Both the position numbers and the translations under genes were made by a program. The notes below the pieces were generated by a model that did no database searches, was not told the DNA's origin, and worked only from the letters and a program-made list of their open reading frames with translations. Of a stretch of DNA of 64,000 nt, positions 1 to 9,257 are shown one piece after another; position 1 is the first letter of the stretch; each line of letters starts with the position of its first letter. The stretch is taken from the NCBI GenBank assembly GCA_963737475.1, contig CAVTSY010000007.1, forward strand, positions 6,248-70,247. The letters are read 5' to 3'. Origin of the DNA: an uncultured Bacteroidota bacterium. Its GTDB lineage: Bacteria > Bacteroidota > Bacteroidia > Chitinophagales > Chitinophagaceae.

Positions 1-120
1 GCGCCATCCCACCTTTTGGACTTGATCCTGCTAATGCGGCAGAAGTTGTGCCCGTACATATAAATTGTGCATATAAAACCGTATTGTTTGAGATGGATAA
101 CTTATCCATATTGTACTGCT
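1..120 (-). pseudogene. Out-of-frame continuation of the adhesin repeat module past the stop of ORF 121..2478 (runs off the window)
   Basis: A shifted minus-strand frame reads 'KLSISNNTVLYAQFICTGTTSAALAGSSPKGG'. This copies the module '[30 protein letters not shown]' encoded at ~270-370. Nucleotide similarity of 1-110 to 271-372 is visible by eye. Confidence 0.45.
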
Positions 121-2478
121 TCATATATCAGAACATCCATCTGATGTTACCGTTCTTCTGTACCACGTGGTTTGCGTTAATGCTCCCGGTGTATAGTTGC
201 TACCATTGTTTGTTCCTGATGCAGAACCAAAAGTTGTATTATCTGTGCTGCTCTCCCATAAATATGCGTAAGTGCCATCTCCACCTGTTGGAGTTGATCC
301 TGTTAATGCGGCAGGAGTTGTGCCGGTACATATTGATTGTGCAGATAAAACCGTATTGTTTGAGATCACAGGATTAACTGTTACTGCTACATCATCCGAT
401 GCTGTGAATCCATTTCCATCAGTAATTGTTACCGTATATGTTCCAGCAGTTGATACAGAGATAGAAGAAGTAGTTTCATTTCCCGGGCTCCATAAATAAG
501 TAATTGTTGGATCACCGCTAACAGTTGTATTAAGAACTATTGAAGATCCGTTACAGATAGATGCACTTGGAAGATCATTATTTGCTGCATCTACAATATT
601 GACTGTAGGTGGAGCAAGTGTAATACCACTAAAACTTACCAAAGATGGGGCATTAACAACAGTAGTTGTCAGGGTTGCATTGAGAGGGCCCTGTTTTATC
701 CATGGCAATGTATTGTTGTATTGTGCTGCAGCAATGTTTGCAACTGAACCTACAACATCTGTCGCTAAATAATTCGCAGTGATAGTGTAGGTTGGGTTTC
801 CAACATTTGTATTTATATTCCAATAACGTTTGAGATAATTATTAGTATTTGTATTATTAGGATGTTTGGAGTTTACAGCCCTTACACCCACATAGGTATT
901 TGCTGAGTAGCTGCCAGCCGTAAAATTCAAATCAACAGGCGAATATTCAGAAGCACTTGTTCCAACAGGAAACAAATAAGCGAAGCTCGTGGTTAAAATT
1001 TTTCTTAATTCACCGGTTCCATTGGTAACGATGATCCCATTGTTTGCACCAAGATTACCCGTAATAGCAGGAGCCCCTGAACCCAGGATCAGATTTTGAT
1101 CGTTTAATTGAAGTGAGCCATTTAATGTAAGCAGATTTGTTATCGAAAGATCGTAAGTGTAAGTTATGTTACTGATCGTGCTTGTTGCAGGAACTAATTG
1201 TACAGAAGAATTTGCATTGACGGTAACGTTATATAAAGGTATGCCGGTATTAATTCTATATGTTCCTGCATTGGCACCAAACTGAAATACACCATCGGTA
1301 ATTGATTTCGCTCCACCGGGAATAATGAATAAATCAACCGGAGTCGCTGCAGTACTTGGGTTCTGAAATATGATCGTTCCACCAGATATATTAACTGAAG
1401 AACTTAATGACATATCAAAAGAACCCGTGTTGCCTGCCGCATTACCGATCGTACAAAGATTTATGATGCCTCCTGATATTGATACGCCACTTGACGTGAG
1501 TCCTGTTAATGGAGCACCGCTTGCAGTATTTTCCAGTCCTCCCGCTATATTAACTATACCACCTGAAACTTCGAATGAGCCATTGTTTTGTGTATGAGCA
1601 CTATTACCGGAATTTGTTCCAAAGTTTGCAGTACCATTACTAATTCGGATTAATCCATTATTAGTAATGGTATAATCTCCACTATTAAGACTTGCGCCAG
1701 GACCAGCTATCCAAATTCCTCCTGTTGATGGAATAGTAGGTCCTGAATTTCCACCAAATTGAAATGTCCCGGTTGTCATTTTAAACAATCCGTTCAGTAT
1801 AGAAAGAGCGCCAGTATTTGAAATGGCACCTGGACCATTTGATTCGAGAGCAGAAGTAACATCGACCCCTTTATCAACAATCATGTTATTAAAAGCAGTT
1901 GGAGAACTTCCGCCGATTGTAGTATTTACTGCGCCTTTAAACCTTACTGTGCCCGTTCCCGCACTAAATGTTCCATTGTTGGTCCAATGTCCGGCTACTT
2001 CAAGCGTTGTGCCTGCACTGAAAACCAGGGAACCATTCATATTAATTGCAATGTCAGTACAAGTGGGTGCAGGTGACCCTGCATCGATGGTAACTGTTGT
2101 GCCACCTGCAATGATTACATTGTCAGCGGGACCTGGAACAACTCCACAACTCCAGGTTGCAGGATCATTCCATGCCCCGGATGCTACAGATGTGCATGTT
2201 GCAGATCCTGATTCAAACTTTGAATCGTTATTTTTTTCGCCTAAATATTCCGAGCGAGAATAAAAAATATCTTTTTGCTGTGATAAGCCTGAAGAAAAAA
2301 TTGAAGTTGAAAAGAAATTTGGAAGAAGTTTTACCTGGGCATTTGAAAAAGAAAAAACAATTGAAAAAACCACGCATGAAAAAAGGCATAACAGCCTCCG
2401 CCGCGGAGTTTTTATGAAACTTCCAGGGGTCGAAAACTTGTGAAATAATTTTTCGTTTTGTAAAAAATGTTTCATCAA
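121..2478 (-). CDS. Large secreted repeat protein (adhesin-like; Gly/Thr/Asn-rich beta-helix-like N-half, Ig/PKD-like cysteine repeat modules at the C-end)
   Basis: 785-aa ORF. N-terminal hydrophobic signal ('[20 protein letters not shown]'). C-terminal module '[33 protein letters not shown]...[11 protein letters not shown]' is typical of Bacteroidota cell-surface/gliding-associated proteins. Confidence 0.6.
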   Translation of the reverse strand: MMKHFLQNEKLFHKFSTPGSFIKTPRRRLLCLFSCVVFSIVFSFSNAQVKLLPNFFSTSIFSSGLSQQKDIFYSRSEYLGEKNNDSKFESGSATCTSVASGAWNDPATWSCGVVPGPADNVIIAGGTTVTIDAGSPAPTCTDIAINMNGSLVFSAGTTLEVAGHWTNNGTFSAGTGTVRFKGAVNTTIGGSSPTAFNNMIVDKGVDVTSALESNGPGAISNTGALSILNGLFKMTTGTFQFGGNSGPTIPSTGGIWIAGPGASLNSGDYTITNNGLIRISNGTANFGTNSGNSAHTQNNGSFEVSGGIVNIAGGLENTASGAPLTGLTSSGVSISGGIINLCTIGNAAGNTGSFDMSLSSSVNISGGTIIFQNPSTAATPVDLFIIPGGAKSITDGVFQFGANAGTYRINTGIPLYNVTVNANSSVQLVPATSTISNITYTYDLSITNLLTLNGSLQLNDQNLILGSGAPAITGNLGANNGIIVTNGTGELRKILTTSFAYLFPVGTSASEYSPVDLNFTAGSYSANTYVGVRAVNSKHPNNTNTNNYLKRYWNINTNVGNPTYTITANYLATDVVGSVANIAAAQYNNTLPWIKQGPLNATLTTTVVNAPSLVSFSGITLAPPTVNIVDAANNDLPSASICNGSSIVLNTTVSGDPTITYLWSPGNETTSSISVSTAGTYTVTITDGNGFTASDDVAVTVNPVISNNTVLSAQSICTGTTPAALTGSTPTGGDGTYAYLWESSTDNTTFGSASGTNNGSNYTPGALTQTTWYRRTVTSDGCSDI

Positions 2479-3286
2479 ACCCTTAAAAAGATTTTTTAGG
2501 TTTTCGCAGGTTGACTTGGAATTAATGGAATAATAAGTCGTTCAGATAATTATCCCATTCACTATTTTATCAATGCAAATCACAATGCCGGAAACCGCGG
2601 GGTTTTTTAAAAGGATAGCATGATTCATTAAGGAAATAGAATCACAGAATGTTGAAGAATTCTCCGACTGTCAATTGAATTTTTATACAATCATTGTCGC
2701 GGGTCAAAGCAGTTGGTTTCGATTTGGCCATATCAATTCGTTTACGATTTAACAAATAAAACTAAGCGGCTTCTTAAGAAATTGGGCACCGGTGGCTATA
2801 GATAGGATCTTGTAGGAGAGTTCTTTGTAAGAACAGGAGAAACGATGATTTCTTTAAACCTATTTACGCTTTAATGACTTGACCACCAAAGTAGTAACAA
2901 TTGTTATAATGTTAATTAAAGACTAATTAGAATAAAATTAGAATAACATTAAAATTGCATTAAAGATCCCTCCAATTCTGTAGGTTTTTGATTCGCAGCA
3001 TATCTGTTGCGGTTTTACGAGATAACCTTCAAAGAAACTGGGTAATGTGGTTGTTGATAGAAGATTGGTACGGATAATCGCATAGAAATTGCGAGCTGAA
3101 TTACTTTGAAAACGGCTACAAACTAAAAAAAGTTTGTGATAATTAAAAGTAAATAGCCAAAGAAAAAATAGCAAGGATTTTTGACCGTCAAAGCCTTTAT
3201 ACTCAAGCCCTATTAATGGGTGTTACTCAATGGGCTACTCATCAAACCCACTGATTACCCAAAAAGTTGACCCCGCCTGTTAAGTC

Positions 3287-3553
3287 ATGTTCAATGCAAT
3301 CAATGATGCCAACTCAGAAAAGGCACAATTCTGGGATATGGTTTATGAAAGCTTCGACATGAAAGATGTATCATTGCTGGTCACTGTCATTATTGCATTT
3401 CTTCTTTTTGTCGTTGGCCTCTTTATTCCGGGAAGAGAAAACCCATGGCATATCATTTTTGTTACTCTTTTTCTCCATTTGAGGTTTGGGGCTTTACTAC
3501 TGTTTCACCATGATGAATGTCCATTAGAAAAAGTTTGCGCAAGAAATGAATAA
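3287..3553 (+). CDS. Hypothetical small membrane protein (weak call)
   Basis: 88-aa ORF with two hydrophobic stretches. No recognisable family. Sits in an otherwise ORF-poor 1.4-kb region. Confidence 0.25.
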   Translation: MFNAINDANSEKAQFWDMVYESFDMKDVSLLVTVIIAFLLFVVGLFIPGRENPWHIIFVTLFLHLRFGALLLFHHDECPLEKVCARNE

Positions 3554-3857
3554 GCTAATTGCAACAGTTATAATGCCAGCAATGACAAAGATGCCAGCTG
3601 TCTTAAATTGCTACTTACTTCATATATCAAGCAAACAGAACAATAAATTTTTTTGAAAACGTTTATGAGGAATTTTTACCACGATTCATGGAATCCAATT
3701 TGGAAAACTGTTGCAGCAAGGCGAATATCCTGCAGCAGTGAGGTCTGCTTAAAAATAATCTTTACAACAGATCTAATATCACCGGGAGAATCCCCACACA
3801 CCAGTAGGTTATTAATTGAAGATAGAATAACTTCAATTAGCAGCTAAGTGTTAAGAA

Positions 3858-5309
3858 ATGAATGTAAATAAGACAGATTATGATGCTATTGTTGTCGGCT
3901 CAGGACCGAACGGTCTGGCCGCTGCTATCACTATTCAACAAGCTGGTCTTTCAGTATTATTAGTGGAAGCAAAAGAAACAATTGGTGGGGGAATGCGATC
4001 AGCGGAACTTACCCTGCCTCACTTTATTCATGATGTATGTTCTGCCATACATCCATTGGCTGTGTGTTCTCCTTTTTTTAAAACACTCCCTCTTGAAAAA
4101 CATGGATTGAAATTCATAGATCCAGTCATTGCCGCGGCACATCCTTTTGATGATGGCACCGCTGCTGCTTTGTACAAATCAATTGAACAAACTGCAAAAG
4201 GATTGGGTGAAGATGAAGGATCCTACTTGAAACTCATAAGCCCTGTAGTGAACAACTGGCCACGGATCGTTGCAGATTTATTTGCACCCTTGCATTTTCC
4301 AAAGCATCCAGTTGACATGGCTCGCTTTGGATTGAAGGCATTGACATCCGCAAAACATTTAAGCAAAATTTTTCACTCGAAGGAAGCGCGGGGATTATGG
4401 GCGGGGATGACAGCTCATTCTATTCAACCTTTGTCAAATGCCGCAACTTCCGCTACAGGATTAGTATTAATGTCAGCCGCGCATTTAAAAGGATGGCCAC
4501 TGGCAAAAGGAGGTTCACAAACAATTGCTAACGCCCTTGCTTCTTATTTTCTTTCAATAGGCGGAACTATCGATACTAATTTTTATGTTGACTCATTAAG
4601 CAAGTTGCCTTCCGCGCAAGCAATATTATTTGATGTTACACCAAAGCAATTATTACAAATAGCGGGATACAAATTCTCATCGATCTATAAAGCGCAATTG
4701 AAAAGATTCCGATACGGAATGGGTGTGTTCAAAATTGATTGGGCCCTGGATGGCCCCATACCTTTTACCGCATTAGAATGCAGGCAAGCCGGAACTGTTC
4801 ATTTGGGAAATACATTTGAAGAAATTGCAGACTCCGAACAACAAACGTCAGAAGGAAAACATCCGGAAAAACCGTTTGTGTTATTGGCGCAGCAAAGTTT
4901 GTTTGACCCTTCCCGTGCCCCGGAAGGAAAACATACAGCCTGGGCTTACTGTCATGTGCCCAATGGCTCAGAAACAGACATGACCCGGCAAATTGAAAAC
5001 CAGGTGGAGCGATTTGCTCCCGGTTTCAGGGATAGGATAATAGGCAGACATGTTATGAATACTGCACAAATAGAAGAATACAACCCCAATTGTATTGGAG
5101 GTGATATTGTTGGAGGAATAATGGACCTGGGACAATTATTCACCCGGCCGGTGTTACGGCTATCACCTTACAAAACTTCTGCAAAAGGCATTTACATCTG
5201 CTCTTCATCTACACCTCCCGGCGGAGGGATTCACGGCATGTGCGGGTATCATGCAGCAAAGAAAGCTTTGAGAGATGTTTTCAATAAGAAGGCTGCGGTT
5301 ATTTATTAA
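3858..5309 (+). CDS. Phytoene-desaturase-family (CrtI-like) NAD(P)/FAD-dependent oxidoreductase
   Basis: 483-aa ORF. N-terminal Rossmann motif 'DAIVVGSGPNGLAAA...LVEAKETIGGG'. Length and C-terminal 'GGGIHGMCGYHAA' fit the family. Confidence 0.8.
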   Translation: MNVNKTDYDAIVVGSGPNGLAAAITIQQAGLSVLLVEAKETIGGGMRSAELTLPHFIHDVCSAIHPLAVCSPFFKTLPLEKHGLKFIDPVIAAAHPFDDGTAAALYKSIEQTAKGLGEDEGSYLKLISPVVNNWPRIVADLFAPLHFPKHPVDMARFGLKALTSAKHLSKIFHSKEARGLWAGMTAHSIQPLSNAATSATGLVLMSAAHLKGWPLAKGGSQTIANALASYFLSIGGTIDTNFYVDSLSKLPSAQAILFDVTPKQLLQIAGYKFSSIYKAQLKRFRYGMGVFKIDWALDGPIPFTALECRQAGTVHLGNTFEEIADSEQQTSEGKHPEKPFVLLAQQSLFDPSRAPEGKHTAWAYCHVPNGSETDMTRQIENQVERFAPGFRDRIIGRHVMNTAQIEEYNPNCIGGDIVGGIMDLGQLFTRPVLRLSPYKTSAKGIYICSSSTPPGGGIHGMCGYHAAKKALRDVFNKKAAVIY

Positions 5310-5321
5310 CTTCACTAAACA

Positions 5322-6899
5322 TTGAACTTTCTTCGACAAGCAAAAACAAATGAAGTGATCAACGAAGAAACGGATAATGAATTTGAAGAACTTCCCCGAA
5401 CAAATCGTCCAACCTACTGGCTCACGCGGTTCATGATCCTTCGCTTCCTGGGATTGGTTTATGCGATCGCATTCCTGGTCGCGATCAATGAGATCATTCC
5501 ATTGATCGGTTCTCATGGACTCACCCCCATTGGTATCTATCTGAAGAATGTAAGCGCAGCGCTGGGTTCAAATGGCGCTGGCTTTATGCGATTACCATCG
5601 ATCTTTTGGGTGTGGCATTCTGATACAGCTTTGTTAACTGGTGCATGGATAGGCTTCCTGCTTTCGTGTGTGGTCGTGGCAGGCTTTGCGAATGCACCAT
5701 TGCTTACTGTTCTGTGGTTTCTTTATATGTCCTTTGTTCACCTTGGACAAGAATGGTATGGATATGGTTGGGAGATACAACTTACCGAAACGGGTTTTCT
5801 TGCTATTTTTCTTTGTCCGCTCATTGATATGCGTCCCTTTCCAAAAAGAGAAGCACCGCTGGCGATTATTGTTTTATTTCGCTGGCTGATCTTTCGCATC
5901 ATGGTTGGTTCAGGATTGATCAAACTTCGCGGAGATGAAATTTGGCGCAATGGAACTGCTCTTTATTATCATTTCGAAACGCAACCCATTCCCGGACCTT
6001 TGAGTCGGTGGTTTCATTTTCTTCCGCGCATAGTTTTGAAAATTGGAGTTTGGTTCAATTGGCTCGCCGAATTGGTTGCTCCGTTGTTTATCTTCTGGCC
6101 ACGAATTGGCCGTCATATCGCGGGAATAGTGATCGTGTTGCTACAAATTGTACTTATACTCAGTGGCAACCTTTCATTTTTGAACTGGCTGACAATTATT
6201 CCTGCTCTTGCCTGCTTCGATGATGGCTTTTGGTCTAAAATTCTTCCCCGATTTCTTGTAGGTAGATCCAACGTTGCTGCTGAAAAAGCCGAACCTTCTA
6301 AAGCAATGACAATTACCGCCTGGGTTGTAACATTTATTATTGGATTTCTTAGCTTTCGACCCATAGCCAACATGCTTTCTCCCGGACAGATCATGAACAC
6401 TTCATTCGATCCATTCGACCTTGTCAATACTTATGGTGCATTTGGGACTGTGGGACAAGAACGCCTGAATGTAATATTTGAAGGAACCATGGACAACGAT
6501 TCAAGTGACAAAGCCAATTGGAAATCTTACGTGTACAAAGGTTTGCCCGTTGCTTTAGACCAGGCATCTCCACAAATAGCTCCTTACCAATTACGATTGG
6601 ATTGGCAGATGTGGTTTGCTTCTATGTCATCTCCTGACGAATATCCATGGACACTAAATCTTATGTACAAACTTCTTCATAATGATCACGACGTTATAAG
6701 TCTTTTTGCCACTAATCCTTTCCATGACAAACCTCCAAAATATATTCGGGCAGTATTGTATCGCTACTCTTTTGCAAAACCGGGCAACGCGCAAGGAGTT
6801 TGGTGGGATCGTGAACGGGTGAGTATGTGGCTTCCGCCAATGTCCGCCAATGATCCGGGATTGGTGGGATTTCTAAAAAGTTCGGGATGGATTCAATAA
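5322..6899 (+). CDS. Lipase maturation factor (LMF) family polytopic membrane protein; start codon uncertain
   Basis: 525-aa ORF with many hydrophobic segments. N-terminal 'YWLTRFMILRFLGLVYAIAFLVAINEIIPLIGSHGLTP' matches my recollection of bacterial LMF1 homologues. The ORF-track start is TTG. Confidence 0.7.
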   Translation: MNFLRQAKTNEVINEETDNEFEELPRTNRPTYWLTRFMILRFLGLVYAIAFLVAINEIIPLIGSHGLTPIGIYLKNVSAALGSNGAGFMRLPSIFWVWHSDTALLTGAWIGFLLSCVVVAGFANAPLLTVLWFLYMSFVHLGQEWYGYGWEIQLTETGFLAIFLCPLIDMRPFPKREAPLAIIVLFRWLIFRIMVGSGLIKLRGDEIWRNGTALYYHFETQPIPGPLSRWFHFLPRIVLKIGVWFNWLAELVAPLFIFWPRIGRHIAGIVIVLLQIVLILSGNLSFLNWLTIIPALACFDDGFWSKILPRFLVGRSNVAAEKAEPSKAMTITAWVVTFIIGFLSFRPIANMLSPGQIMNTSFDPFDLVNTYGAFGTVGQERLNVIFEGTMDNDSSDKANWKSYVYKGLPVALDQASPQIAPYQLRLDWQMWFASMSSPDEYPWTLNLMYKLLHNDHDVISLFATNPFHDKPPKYIRAVLYRYSFAKPGNAQGVWWDRERVSMWLPPMSANDPGLVGFLKSSGWIQ

Positions 6900-6904
6900 A
6901 AATT

Positions 6905-6975
6905 TCATCTCACAAATTTCACAGATGAGCACAGATTGCTGTTATATCCGTGAAAATCTGAGTAATCTGTGAGCA
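6905..6975. terminator. Imperfect hairpin between convergent genes (possible bidirectional terminator / REP-like element)
   Basis: 'gagcacagattgc' (6927-6939) pairs with 'gtaatctgtgagc' (6963-6975) at 10/13 positions, with a 23-nt loop. Lies between the stops at 6899 (+) and 6981 (-). Confidence 0.3.
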
Positions 6976-6980
6976 ACAAT

Positions 6981-7598
6981 TCAGGATTTCAACAGTAGTT
7001 CATTTGCGTGGTCAAATTCATCCTGGATAATCGTGTGCCCTATCCTTTCGTATATTTTTTCGGTTACTGATGCATTCATACTTCTAAGGATCTTAACTGT
7101 ATCATGCACTCTTTGCACCGGTACATGAGGGTCAGGATCACTTGTACCGATAAATACAGGAGTATTTTGAAAATCTCCTTTGTAATTGTCTGTATAAATT
7201 TTATCGCCGATCAATCCTCCCGTAAATGCAATGCAGCCGCCATATCCCTCAGCATTTCTTGTAACAAATTCAAGCGTTAAACATGCCCCCTGCGAAAAAC
7301 CAAGAAAGTAAATATTTTTTTTGTCTATGGTTTTTGCAAGATCATTCACAACTTCACCAAGTATTGCGATCGCAGATGACAACCACGGTTCGTTGTGCGT
7401 TGGTGGTTCAAGAAATGAATAGGGATACCATGTGTTGTTAGTCGCCTGGGGAGCTATTAATGTAAAGCCATCCACATTAAGATGACTACTAAGCGATAAA
7501 ATATTTTTTGCTGTTGAACCACGGCCGTGGATCATGATCAACGCCCTGCCAGACTCTTCTAATTTTTTCCCGGCGGTAAGAATATTTTTCTGATGCAT
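6981..7598 (-). CDS. Phospholipase/carboxylesterase-family alpha/beta hydrolase (MhqD-like)
   Basis: 205-aa ORF. Nucleophile elbow 'GFSQGA'. 'IMIHGRGSTA' start typical of Abhydrolase_2 esterases. 9 nt downstream of the dioxygenase gene. Confidence 0.75.
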   Translation of the reverse strand: MHQKNILTAGKKLEESGRALIMIHGRGSTAKNILSLSSHLNVDGFTLIAPQATNNTWYPYSFLEPPTHNEPWLSSAIAILGEVVNDLAKTIDKKNIYFLGFSQGACLTLEFVTRNAEGYGGCIAFTGGLIGDKIYTDNYKGDFQNTPVFIGTSDPDPHVPVQRVHDTVKILRSMNASVTEKIYERIGHTIIQDEFDHANELLLKS

Positions 7599-7607
7599 GC
7601 CCAGCTA

Positions 7608-8543
7608 TTATTTCAATGGTATCAATGTTTTTTCCAACTGATCCCTCATGAACTCATATTGAGAAGGTAATTTCAAATGTGTGCCCAATTCATTCAATGG
7701 CTCATCGACTGTAAAGCCAGGATTGTTGGATGCCAGCTCGAAGATCACACCACCGGGTTCCCTGAAATAAAGGGAGAAAAAATAATTGCGGTCTATTTTT
7801 CCTGTAATATCCAGTCCATGACTTTCAACTTTTTCACGAAATGTCATCAATATATCATCATCCTGTACACGAAAAGCAACGTGATGATTCGTTCCGCCGG
7901 CCACGAAACCTCTTTGTACATTAGGTGCTTCTACCAGGTCAACAATATTGGCTCCCTCAATCGCATCTGTTATAAAACGAAACCTATCGTTTTCCTGTTT
8001 TAGAAATTTGTATCCAAAAATTTCTGTCAGGATATCTGCAGTACCTTTTATATTTTGAAGTGTTAGTGTGATACTATGAAATCCTTTGGTCGCCACATTT
8101 TCATTTACTTCTTCGGTTGTCCATGATTTCCTGTTATCTGGTTCGTTCGGGATAATTAAATTGATCTGCAATCCATCCGGATCTTCAAACCAAATAAATT
8201 TTTCGCCGAACCGCTCATTGGTCATTTGATATTTTATCTTATTCTCAGCAAACCTGTTTTCCCAAAACTCAAGACTGCCTTCTGGAATCGAATATCCAAT
8301 TTCAGTCGCCATGCCCGTACCCACGCGTCCAGGGCGGGTTCCTTCCCACGGGAAAAAAGTCAGTATGGTCCCGGGTGCTCCCTGTTCATTTCCATAATAA
8401 AGATGATAGGTTTTCGGATCGTCAAAATTCACCGTCTTCTTGACGAATCGTAAGCCAAGAACTTTGGTATAAAAATCAAAGTTTCGTTTTGCCGATGTCG
8501 CTATCGCGGTAATATGATGTAGTCCAAGAATTCTGTTTTCCAT
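7608..8543 (-). CDS. Ring-cleaving dioxygenase, glyoxalase/VOC superfamily (MhqO/MhqE-like)
   Basis: 311-aa ORF. 'GLHHITAIATSAKRNFDFYTKVLGLRFVKKTVNFDDPKTYHLYYG' and a second VOC half 'GFHSITL...'. Confidence 0.8.
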   Translation of the reverse strand: MENRILGLHHITAIATSAKRNFDFYTKVLGLRFVKKTVNFDDPKTYHLYYGNEQGAPGTILTFFPWEGTRPGRVGTGMATEIGYSIPEGSLEFWENRFAENKIKYQMTNERFGEKFIWFEDPDGLQINLIIPNEPDNRKSWTTEEVNENVATKGFHSITLTLQNIKGTADILTEIFGYKFLKQENDRFRFITDAIEGANIVDLVEAPNVQRGFVAGGTNHHVAFRVQDDDILMTFREKVESHGLDITGKIDRNYFFSLYFREPGGVIFELASNNPGFTVDEPLNELGTHLKLPSQYEFMRDQLEKTLIPLK

Positions 8544-8819
8544 AATAATTTTTACGATCTACGATGAATCTGTCTGCAAATCTAAGTTCATCTTTTGCAA
8601 TTATCGTAACTGAATTCTTTCTGAAGATCAGGAAAAAGAGGGGAGAATTAAATTTCCACCTGACCTATCGGCTGAACATTTTTTCAGCCTTTATATTGAG
8701 AAGATCGGCAATTTCACCTATGCCCAAAAACTATTATTCTGATTTGGCAGATAAGGTTCCGGGCCTTACCTTTGCCGTCCTCCGGAGAAACCATAAAACC
8801 GGGGCAAATATTAGAGAAT

Positions 8820-9071
8820 ATGGCTAATCATAGTGCAACAAAGAAAGATGTTCGCCAGGCTGCAAAGCGCCGTGAAAGAAACAAATTTTATGGCAAGACC
8901 ACCCGTAATGCCATTCGTGATTTCAGAGCAGCATCGGGAAAAGAGGCTTCGGATAAATTACCGGAAGTGGCCAGCATGATCGACAAACTGGCTAAGCGTG
9001 GCATCATCCACAAGAACAAAGCCGCCAACTTAAAAAGTAAGCTGGCCAGGAAAGCAGCTAATCAAAATTAA
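8820..9071 (+). CDS. rpsT: 30S ribosomal protein S20
   Basis: 'MANHSATKKDVRQAAKRRERNKFYGKTTRNAIR...' starts at the ATG at 8820. The ORF-track start at 8772 is an upstream extension. Confidence 0.9.
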   Translation: MANHSATKKDVRQAAKRRERNKFYGKTTRNAIRDFRAASGKEASDKLPEVASMIDKLAKRGIIHKNKAANLKSKLARKAANQN

Positions 9072-9257
9072 TACTGAATAATTTTGATTAAAATGATAAT
9101 TGTGTTACGAGCGATAGAATGTTTGTTGAACATCGGTTGTGTCACTCACTTGTGCTATAACAATTCGACTGAGCTTATTTAAATTATAAATCGAAGCATC
9201 TCTTAGAAACGGGTGCTTTATTTTATCTGGTGTATTTTTATTCTTCAATTGATTCAC

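Noticed and set aside
5645-6427. Overlapping 60-104-aa ORFs on both strands inside the LMF-family gene (similar nests occur in the SusC, SusD and M1 peptidase genes)
   Set aside because: They are fully embedded in long ORFs with clear family signatures, so they are typical shadow ORFs.
8772-8819. Upstream extension of rpsT (ORF-track start at 8772) and ORF 8564..8827
   Set aside because: The S20 homology begins at 'MANHSATKK' (ATG at 8820). The extension 'MPSSGETIKPGQILEN' has no S20 counterpart.
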